A DNA stretch of 16,879 nt from Bacteriovoracaceae bacterium. Its GTDB lineage: Bacteria; Bdellovibrionota; Bacteriovoracia; Bacteriovoracales; Bacteriovoracaceae. The notes under the pieces are model-generated. The model did no database searches. It was not told the origin of the DNA and saw nothing but the letters and a program-made list of their open reading frames with translations. Location of the stretch: contig JBFGZE010000077.1 in NCBI GenBank assembly GCA_041586955.1, forward strand, positions 1-16,879, written 5' to 3'. Each line of letters begins with the position of its first letter. The stretch's first letter is position 1. Of the stretch, positions 8,666 to 16,207 are shown one piece after another. The translations under genes and the position numbers were made by a program.

Positions 8666-8706
8666 GTTCAAAATAAAATATTCTCGTCAATCTTTGCGCA
8701 CTGCAG

Positions 8707-10059
8707 CTATCGGCAATTTGATAAAATCCATACGCTAGAACGTTTCAACCAATTAAAATAATTAAAGGCCATCATCCATCTTGGGTAAGTAGAGGATATA
8801 ATTTGGCATTGTCGCTTTTTATTCAAGAGCTCAAAATCGGTTATGTTTTGAGTGAGGTAATGGCCTGGCCCAAAATCTTGATGCTTTTCTATCTCCATGT
8901 CAGACCTTTTATAGACATCCATTTCCAAAATTTTATTATCATTCATTTTATACAAAGTCTTAATTTCTTTTTTCTGCCATAAATCCTGGTATATCAACAT
9001 AGGTTTGTAGATAGGAAAAAAAAGAAAAGGGATTACAAGAGCATTGGTTCCAATAATTACTTTAGTCCATTTTTGATAGCGGGCGGCCTTCTCGCTCGCC
9101 ATAATAATTAAAAGAAAGGGGAGAAGCGGGAATAAAAAGCGCAGCTCCTTATGACCAATTATTTGGTGAATCGCAAAAAAAGGTAATAAAGATAATAATA
9201 AATATTTAAATTTTTTATTTTCTTTCCAATTGATTAATTCATCTTTTAGACACCAAAAAATCCCAATCCCCCAAAAAGGTATGAGTTTCAAAAGAGCTTT
9301 TTTAAAATAATAATACCAGGGGGAAATACCAAAATGGTTAACCTTTCCCTCAATTAAATTAACTCGAAAATAATTCCATGGGGTGATCGCCAATTCTCCA
9401 TAGCCCCAAAAATCAACACAAATCATCACAGCGCAGGAGATCATAACCCCTAAAATTAATGGCCATAAAAGTTTGCGATATTTAATAAAGGCAAAAATCA
9501 ATAAAGGACCTATTAAAAGCGCCATTTGAAAGCGCAAAAAAAAGGTCAATCCCACAAGTAGACCCGAGAAGAATGATGCCCATTTTTTTTCTTTTAACAG
9601 AAAAGTGATGGCAAAAATAAAAGTCATCGATGCCCAATTTTCAGAAGAGGTCCGGGCGTGCATTAATAATAATGGCCATGACAACCCTAGAAAAATGATG
9701 AGATTTTTATCATTAAGCTTAGATGAAAATATTTTGCGACTTATTTGAATAAGAGAATAAATACCCAAAAAAGCGAATAATGATGAGACGACGCGACAAA
9801 TCAAGGCCAAGATAAAAGGATTTTGTATCCCTAAAAATTTTAAGGGCGCCATGATTATGTAAAATAAAAAAGGTAAAGACCAGGGACGGATTTGCTCGTG
9901 ATACTCCCAGGTGAATTGATAATTAGAAATTAAATTATGTTTAAAAAAAGCATAATCGAGGGCATAATATTGTTCATCTGGATGGAGAAACCCTATTGAG
10001 AATAGGGGAATCAATAAATGCAATAAAAGGGATACACCCAATACTCTTTTTTCTAACAT
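8707..10059 (-). CDS. Alg9/PIG-B-like (GT22) membrane mannosyltransferase
   Basis: TM1 is followed by HPDEQY...TWEY...IRPW, then RTSSEN, LRFQ, VDFWGYG...PWNYFRVNL...FGISPWYYYF and HKELRFLFPLLP. This is the motif series of PIG-B/GPI10/Alg9 family enzymes. Confidence 0.8.
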   Translation of the reverse strand: MLEKRVLGVSLLLHLLIPLFSIGFLHPDEQYYALDYAFFKHNLISNYQFTWEYHEQIRPWSLPFLFYIIMAPLKFLGIQNPFILALICRVVSSLFAFLGIYSLIQISRKIFSSKLNDKNLIIFLGLSWPLLLMHARTSSENWASMTFIFAITFLLKEKKWASFFSGLLVGLTFFLRFQMALLIGPLLIFAFIKYRKLLWPLILGVMISCAVMICVDFWGYGELAITPWNYFRVNLIEGKVNHFGISPWYYYFKKALLKLIPFWGIGIFWCLKDELINWKENKKFKYLLLSLLPFFAIHQIIGHKELRFLFPLLPFLLIIMASEKAARYQKWTKVIIGTNALVIPFLFFPIYKPMLIYQDLWQKKEIKTLYKMNDNKILEMDVYKRSDMEIEKHQDFGPGHYLTQNITDFELLNKKRQCQIISSTYPRWMMAFNYFNWLKRSSVWILSNCR

Positions 10060-10072
10060 AAGGCACTTTTTT

Positions 10073-10918
10073 ATGAATAATTCATTTAATGTTTTTTGTT
10101 CACGTCGGCGTTGGCTTAAAAAGCTTATTTTACCTCTACTCGATGAGACTGCCTATATTGATCTGAAAAAAAATGACCTAAGAATTCATTTTAATCCTAA
10201 AGATTTACGGGGGCCCTCCTTTCATCTCTCCTTTGGCGAAGAGGATGGCTTTAACAATTACGAATTGGCCGAAAAAGAAGAGATCGTTGCGGCACTTAAA
10301 GAAGGGGGTACCTTTATTGATATTGGTGCGAATATAGGACTTTTTTCTTTTTATATTTCAAAATACCGACCAAGTTGCGCCATTTTCTCTTTTGAACCAG
10401 ATAAACTGACTCGAAAATGCTTAGAATTAACAAAAACAAGCAACTCCCTTGATCATGTTCATATTTCATCCTACGCCATCGGTGCAAAAGATGAGATTTT
10501 AAAGCTCTATAAATCTGGTCTTAATGATGGTGGGCATTCTCTTAAAAGTGATCTTGCAAACCAAACCTCGTATGAAGAAGTTCAGGTGAAACCTCTGTCC
10601 AGCGCCCTGGGTTCAAATATCAAAAACATTCAAGTGATTAAAATTGATGTAGAAGGTGCCGAACTGAGTGTTTTAGAAGGCTCTTTAGATATTATCAAGG
10701 AATGGAAGCCTATGATACTCATTGAAACTGATAATGAAATACTAAGTAACGGGCAAGGAATTATTCAATTTTTTGAAACTCATTTTAAGGGTCGCTATCA
10801 TGTCCGCACACCTGGAGATCAGAAGTACTATCAATACGATGAAATTAAAATATTGGCGAAAAAAAGGGCATCCAATGGACACCCTCTTAATAATTATATT
10901 TTTGAATTTATGGCCTAA
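10073..10918 (+). CDS. FkbM family methyltransferase
   Basis: FIDIGANIGLFS, FSFEP, IKIDVEGAELSVLEG and KPMILIE. Confidence 0.92.
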   Translation: MNNSFNVFCSRRRWLKKLILPLLDETAYIDLKKNDLRIHFNPKDLRGPSFHLSFGEEDGFNNYELAEKEEIVAALKEGGTFIDIGANIGLFSFYISKYRPSCAIFSFEPDKLTRKCLELTKTSNSLDHVHISSYAIGAKDEILKLYKSGLNDGGHSLKSDLANQTSYEEVQVKPLSSALGSNIKNIQVIKIDVEGAELSVLEGSLDIIKEWKPMILIETDNEILSNGQGIIQFFETHFKGRYHVRTPGDQKYYQYDEIKILAKKRASNGHPLNNYIFEFMA

Positions 10919-12604
10919 TTAACGTTGGGCCATTTCGAAATGAACCTTACGCCCTTTATACTTATGGTTTTTAACACCGCTAAATTTTTCAAATGAATCC
11001 TTTGGCACGTCAATAAAACTAAAGCGCTCTTTAAGTTCAACATTTCTAATATTTTGTCTCTTCACTCCAGAAATAGTCGATACTTCATCAAGAAGGCTAT
11101 TTAAATGTAAACCGTCTTTTTTACCAACGTTTACAAAAAGGCGAACGTTATCACTATTGGTTCTTCTTCTTTGTCTAGGACCTCTATCTGATTGGCCTCT
11201 ATTTCCTCTATTGTCTCTACTGTCTCTACCACCATCTCTACTACGGGCACCTCTAGTATGAAGCTCCTCTTCAAGGTTGGGAAGATCATTTAAACGGCGA
11301 AACTCTTTATTATACTTCCAAGTAAAAACTACTTTTAACAATTCTTCTTTATTAAGAGCACTAAATTTCTCTTGAAATTGAGAGAAGATCGCGTCTACTT
11401 GAAAATTTTCTCCTTTACCGAGGACAGCTTCAATCACGTTTTCAACACCTTCAAGGTCTTTTGACACAATGACATTTTTTAAGCTTTCGACAGAGGGAAG
11501 ATCACATTTTTTAACCACTGAGTTGGTAAACTTTTCTAAGCGACGAAAACGATGCATATCTCTTGGGTCCACTAAAGTAATGGCCACGCCCTTTTGACCT
11601 GCACGACCAGTACGGCCGATACGGTGAACATAGGACTCAAAATCTTGAGGAATACCTAAATTTACAACATGAGTAAGATCGGTCACGTCGATCCCTCTGG
11701 CCGCAACATCAGTACAAATAAGAAGTCTTGATTTACCTGACTTAAAACGCTTCATCGCCATATCGCGATCCATTTGCTTAAGATCACCGTGTAAAACTTC
11801 AACACTATAGCCCTTCTTTAATAATTCCTCAGACAGCTCACGAGTGTCTTTACGAGTATTGCAAAAAACAATTCCATAAAATTTATCATCGCTATCAAGA
11901 ATTCTAGATAAGGCCTCTTTTTGAAACCTTTGCCTAACAATATGATAACGTTGATCAATACTGTCATTACTCATACTTTTGCGCTCGACCTTAAAAACCT
12001 CAGGGTTTCTAAATTGCTTTTTAATGAGGTCTAGGATTGGACGTGGCATAGTCGCTGAAAACATCCATAAGCGACTATCATCTTGAACCAAGCTAAGGAT
12101 CTCTTCTACATCATCAAAAAAGCCCATATTAAGCATTTCATCAGCTTCATCTAAAATTCCATAATTTACATTATCGAATTTGAGAACTTTTTGTCTTAAA
12201 AGGTCAAGCATCCGCCCTGGCGTACCAACAATAATTTGTGGTCGCTTTCTACGAATATCTTGCATTTGCTTTGTGTAAGAAACACCACCAAAAATAGCAA
12301 CAGATGTTAACTCAGTATATTTTGAAAGTTTCTCAACTTCACGCGATACCTGATTGGCCAATTCGCGGGTTGGGCTCAAGATAATGGCCTGAATATTTTT
12401 ATTTTTAGGGTCTAATTTTTCAAGTAAAGGTAAAACAAATGCTGCGGTTTTTCCTGTCCCTGTTTGCGCCTGTCCGACAAAGTCTGTGTCATTTGCCGTA
12501 AGGTGACCAATGGCCTTTTCTTGAATTTCGGTTGGTTCCGTATATCCTAATTCATTAATAGCTTTTAATAAGTTGGGGCCTAGGCCCAATTGTTCAAAAT
12601 TCAA
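10919..12604 (-). CDS. DEAD-box ATP-dependent RNA helicase, DeaD/CsdA-like, with C-terminal DbpA-type RNA-binding domain
   Basis: Q motif (GYTEPTEIQ), AQTGTGKT, PTRELA, TPGR, DEAD, SAT, TDVAARGID, HRIGRTGRAG, and C-terminal RLFVNVGKKDG...FSFIDV. The start is placed at TTG 12604 (giving MNFEQLGL) because GGGAG lies 7 nt upstream; the ORF track's ATG at 12637 lacks a clear SD. Confidence 0.93.
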   Translation of the reverse strand: MNFEQLGLGPNLLKAINELGYTEPTEIQEKAIGHLTANDTDFVGQAQTGTGKTAAFVLPLLEKLDPKNKNIQAIILSPTRELANQVSREVEKLSKYTELTSVAIFGGVSYTKQMQDIRRKRPQIIVGTPGRMLDLLRQKVLKFDNVNYGILDEADEMLNMGFFDDVEEILSLVQDDSRLWMFSATMPRPILDLIKKQFRNPEVFKVERKSMSNDSIDQRYHIVRQRFQKEALSRILDSDDKFYGIVFCNTRKDTRELSEELLKKGYSVEVLHGDLKQMDRDMAMKRFKSGKSRLLICTDVAARGIDVTDLTHVVNLGIPQDFESYVHRIGRTGRAGQKGVAITLVDPRDMHRFRRLEKFTNSVVKKCDLPSVESLKNVIVSKDLEGVENVIEAVLGKGENFQVDAIFSQFQEKFSALNKEELLKVVFTWKYNKEFRRLNDLPNLEEELHTRGARSRDGGRDSRDNRGNRGQSDRGPRQRRRTNSDNVRLFVNVGKKDGLHLNSLLDEVSTISGVKRQNIRNVELKERFSFIDVPKDSFEKFSGVKNHKYKGRKVHFEMAQR

Positions 12605-12736
12605 AATAAAACTCCCATGGTTAACATTCCGCACCATAACTTAAGTAGGCGTGGAATGATATATAAAATTTAAATTTTCACACCCTAGCAGCAGCATAAA
12701 CTAATTTTGTTTTGCCACTAAGTTGCTAATATTATT

Positions 12737-13750
12737 TCAGGCAATAAACGCCTGGCCGCCCCACTTAAGAATGCAAGCTGCTGCATAATCACCTGCATGG
12801 GAAAAGCCAGACAAGCAAATAATGTCGCCTTCCTGCACCCGGTTATTATGAATATTTTCACAAAGGGTAACAGGAATACCTGCGCCAAATAAGTTGGCGT
12901 ATTTTTCAAATGTATGGAGGTGTTTCTCTTCGGATAATTGCAACGCTTCTCGCCAATTTCTCAAAAAAAAGATATTGGGCTGATTGGTAATAAGATAATC
13001 CAAGTCTTCTGTTCTAATACCGGCCTCTTTACAGGCCTGTTTAGAAATAGTTGGTACCAATTTATTACCACGTACTGTAATTTTCGCTGTCTTCGCTGGA
13101 TTAAAGTCGATATGACCACTAGATTGACCGGCTTCCCACCACTTTCTACCGCATTCAAAACTCGCATACATATCGTTTGAATAAGCGGGATAATTCTCCT
13201 GAACAAGGGAAATTATCGGGGATTTATCATCATTAACCAAATAAGCAACACCACAACCGTCACCAGGAATCGCTGCCTGGGGCCGTGTTTTCACATCTTC
13301 CTGAGAAAATATACGACCTGCTGCGCTTTGTACAGAGGCAACTAAGGCAGTTTTGACATTATTGGCCGTCATAAGGGCCCGGGCCAGGTCAATCATATGA
13401 ATAAAAGAGACACAACCGGTATTATGGAGATCAAAAATATATTTTACCTTTGCCCCCAATTGTTCAGAGACAACAGCACCACAACCATTAAAAGGCTGAT
13501 CAGGTATAGAGACATTAGTGATAATAATATCTATGTCCTTGCCACCATCGAGATTCAACTCATCCATTATCTTTTTACTCGCACGAACAATTAAATCAGA
13601 TGCATTATCATCTCGACCAAGATGCCGCCGCTTATTGGTTCCCATAAACATTTTATTTTTGCTTTCTTTTAGATTTTGTCCGAAAAACTCATTATCAATT
13701 TCACGGATCGGCATTGCAGTTGCGATGGCAGCGATACTAATGGGTTTCAT
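12737..13750 (-). CDS. FabH-like 3-oxoacyl-ACP synthase III family condensing enzyme (NzsJ/CqsB1-like)
   Basis: Thiolase-fold motifs DLHNTGC113, PGDGCG, ITN256QPN and YAN286LFGAG. The start overlaps the upstream stop (ATGA), with SD GAGGGG. Confidence 0.85.
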   Translation of the reverse strand: MKPISIAAIATAMPIREIDNEFFGQNLKESKNKMFMGTNKRRHLGRDDNASDLIVRASKKIMDELNLDGGKDIDIIITNVSIPDQPFNGCGAVVSEQLGAKVKYIFDLHNTGCVSFIHMIDLARALMTANNVKTALVASVQSAAGRIFSQEDVKTRPQAAIPGDGCGVAYLVNDDKSPIISLVQENYPAYSNDMYASFECGRKWWEAGQSSGHIDFNPAKTAKITVRGNKLVPTISKQACKEAGIRTEDLDYLITNQPNIFFLRNWREALQLSEEKHLHTFEKYANLFGAGIPVTLCENIHNNRVQEGDIICLSGFSHAGDYAAACILKWGGQAFIA

Positions 13751-14397
13751 ACCGACCCCTCTTCAATAAAAGGACCAATTGGCAGATTGTGAGCATGACG
13801 AAATTCCAAAATTCGTTTTAAGTTCATTAACTCAACCATATGGCCCGCGTAGAACATATCCCAAAAATCTCCTACCCACGGCCTTCCCTTGGGTGCTTTG
13901 TCTTTATAGGGATTATTATCGTAATGAGGATGACGGCAATTCTGCCAAAAAACTACTGAGCCAGGTTTATTCAAAACTAAGTCCGCCGGAACGATACGAT
14001 TGAGATAAATCATCCATAAATCATCTCCTTGATCCCAGGCGCAATGATAATCAACTAATAAGGCCTCTTTGTTTGTCACCATTTTGCAATATATTTTAGT
14101 GTTATCCCCAATTTTATCTTTGCCGACAAAGAGCCCATTGTTATCCGCCGGAACTAAATCACGGACGCTATAAGACCATTCTTCCAAAGAATGAACATTG
14201 GACATATAGTCAAATACCTTTTCAGGTGGGCAGTCAATATAGGTATGAACAGGACAAAATTCACCATATAATTCATCATGGGGGTAAACCGCATGAGTTA
14301 GGTCTGAGAGGATTCCTCCCATTTCATCTTTAGAGGTAATCTCAACTCTTTTTAAATTTGGTATTTTCGACATTTCGACTTCATTAATAATTGCCAT
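13747..14397 (-). CDS. SRPBCC-superfamily cyclase/aromatase (NzsI/CqsB2 carbazole synthase-like)
   Basis: START/SRPBCC-type opening (TYIDCPPEKVFDYMSNVHSLEEWSY), then DYHCAWDQG..LWMIYL, KPGSVVFW.NC.HP.YD.NPY, WVGDFWDMFYAGH and a terminal helix ELMNLKRILE. SD AAGGAG. The subfamily call rests on recalled motifs plus gene context. Confidence 0.75.
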   Translation of the reverse strand: MAIINEVEMSKIPNLKRVEITSKDEMGGILSDLTHAVYPHDELYGEFCPVHTYIDCPPEKVFDYMSNVHSLEEWSYSVRDLVPADNNGLFVGKDKIGDNTKIYCKMVTNKEALLVDYHCAWDQGDDLWMIYLNRIVPADLVLNKPGSVVFWQNCRHPHYDNNPYKDKAPKGRPWVGDFWDMFYAGHMVELMNLKRILEFRHAHNLPIGPFIEEGSV

Positions 14398-14414
14398 CGA
14401 TAATCTCCTTAAAC

Positions 14415-16052
14415 CTATTGAAAAGTGCTAAAGGGTGGAACTTCATTATGATCTATATTTAAACTAAAAAGTATTGGTCCATTTTTATTAGTGGATTTTT
14501 TTAATGTTTGTTTAAGCTCTTCAATCGAATTGACTTCATAAGCGGTGAGGCCAGGATACATTTCATTCATTCCTGCACCGATCATCGTTTTTTTAAAAAC
14601 GTTAGTCCCTGTATTGGCCCTATAAAAAACTTCTTCCCGAACATGGCACATACCATGAGAGTTATTATTAAAGATGAAATATGTAATCGGTAAATTATGT
14701 TCAACAGCGGTATGAATCTCCATGCCTTTCATATAAAAGGAACCATCTCCAGAAAAAACATACGTTCTATTGTTCGATAAAAAACAGGAGCCAATTGCCG
14801 CACCAAAAGTATGGCCCATCCCGCCCATTGATAAGGCCATTGAGAAAAGACCTTTTCCTGATACTTTTAAATGGTGAACGACGTTAGCACCAGTATTCCC
14901 GGCATCGACAAAAATATCTGCATCGCGATCAATATATTTATTTAATGTCCCTAAAATGGCTTGAGAACTGAAACTCGTTTCATCATGGACTAATTCATTA
15001 TCCTGAACAGTAAAGTCAGTAAGAGCTGAAATGGAATGAGTTCCAAGTTCAATTTTTTCGACCACATTATTAAAAAATGACTCATTAAGCGTCGATATCG
15101 TCGTCATCGATTTACTTTCGAGAAAAGAGGTACTCGTATTAATATTAATTACTTTTTTACGTAAAAGAAGATCCTCAATTTGGTATCTGGCCAAATAGGG
15201 CATCCTCGTGCCAATCGTAATCACTAATTCTGTCGTTTCTAAAAAGCGCTTTACCTCTGTATGCCCCATGACACCACAAACCCCCAAAAAGCGTGGTGAA
15301 TAATTATCAAAAGATCCTTTACCTTCGGGAGTTACTGCGACATGGCCACCGGTATATTCAATAAATTTTTTAAAAGCGAAAGATTCTTTCAGAGATTTGT
15401 TAAGTTCACCCAATATAATAAGAGGGGGTTGAACGCAATCCTCTAAAGCATTTAATAAGAAAGTTATATTTCCTTGTTCAATGGCATTAACCTTGTCGAC
15501 CACTGGAGTCGCTTCTATCTTTGGTAAACATAATAATTTTTTTGATAAAAGGTTCTTTTTAAGCAAGAGAACACAAGGTCCTCTTTCTTTTTGGGCCAGA
15601 GTAAATAATTTATTTAAAGTTTTAATAGTATCAATCGGCCCGTCCGGCTTTGCGCATGAAAGAGTGACTTGAGAAAAAAGATCTTTCGCGTTCACCCTAG
15701 AACTAATCCCTGAGCTGTCTTGAAATCCACCTTTTCCCTCTAGCGACTGGTCTGTTTGACCAACTAAGGCCATTAGCGGGATTTCACTTTCTAAAGATTC
15801 AACCAATGGTGAAATTAAGTTAAAGGCGCCACCTCCTGAGGTGGAAAAAATAACTCCCGGTCGATTCGTTTTTAAATAATAGGCTTGCGCCATAGCGACT
15901 GAGGATGATTCATCCTTCGCCAGAACAATCTTAATTTCTCCATCTTGATCTGCCGCAATTAACAACTCTTCAATATTAGCACCACTAACACCAAATATAT
16001 GGTGAATATCATTGCATTTTAAAAATTGAATAATTGCCATTGCGGTTGTCAT
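14415..16052 (-). CDS. Thiamine diphosphate-dependent carboligase, AHAS-like (NzsH/CqsB3-like acyloin synthase)
   Basis: IFGVSGANIEEL, catalytic Glu48 (LAKDE), STSGGGAFNL, GGFQDSSG, DAGNTG, MGGMG and the ThDP motif GDGSFYM...NNNSHGMC. SD AAGGA. No ilvH or ilvC nearby. Confidence 0.88.
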   Translation of the reverse strand: MTTAMAIIQFLKCNDIHHIFGVSGANIEELLIAADQDGEIKIVLAKDESSSVAMAQAYYLKTNRPGVIFSTSGGGAFNLISPLVESLESEIPLMALVGQTDQSLEGKGGFQDSSGISSRVNAKDLFSQVTLSCAKPDGPIDTIKTLNKLFTLAQKERGPCVLLLKKNLLSKKLLCLPKIEATPVVDKVNAIEQGNITFLLNALEDCVQPPLIILGELNKSLKESFAFKKFIEYTGGHVAVTPEGKGSFDNYSPRFLGVCGVMGHTEVKRFLETTELVITIGTRMPYLARYQIEDLLLRKKVININTSTSFLESKSMTTISTLNESFFNNVVEKIELGTHSISALTDFTVQDNELVHDETSFSSQAILGTLNKYIDRDADIFVDAGNTGANVVHHLKVSGKGLFSMALSMGGMGHTFGAAIGSCFLSNNRTYVFSGDGSFYMKGMEIHTAVEHNLPITYFIFNNNSHGMCHVREEVFYRANTGTNVFKKTMIGAGMNEMYPGLTAYEVNSIEELKQTLKKSTNKNGPILFSLNIDHNEVPPFSTFQ

Positions 16053-16207
16053 AAATAATCCTTAACCACAGAGTACACGGCGAATAGAAAATGATGTCCC
16101 AATTTTGTAATACTTATGTATTGTACAATTCTTAGACAAGCAAAAACTGCCTATAAATACGGGCACTTAGTGCCAAACATAGGTATCAAGAGATGCGGGA
16201 GAAAAAT

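Noticed and set aside
8537..8761. 74-aa plus-strand ORF
   Set aside because: It is the antisense reading of tRNA-Arg, its terminator and its promoter.
4687..9590. A8/T8 homopolymer runs in glycosyltransferase genes as phase-variation tracts
   Set aside because: Runs of this length occur throughout this AT-rich window, all frames are intact, and there are no long G/C tracts in these genes.
11196..11245. Imperfect 9-bp tandem repeats (CTCTA core) in the helicase
   Set aside because: They encode the ordinary Arg/Gly/Asp low-complexity linker (RDGGRDSRDNRGNRG); not a CRISPR or mobile repeat.
12718..15672. Short ORFs 12718-12909, 12938-13180, 12961-13206, 13397-13594, 13518-13769, 13779-14003, 14508-14693 and 15481-15672
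   Set aside because: Shadow or alternate frames of the three-gene operon with no independent support.
14415..16052. Calling the ThDP enzyme ilvB/ilvI and the KSIII fabH
   Set aside because: No ilvH/ilvC or plsX/fabD context, the motifs deviate (GANIE, TSGGG, FQDSSG; TNQPN), and both are coupled to an SRPBCC cyclase.
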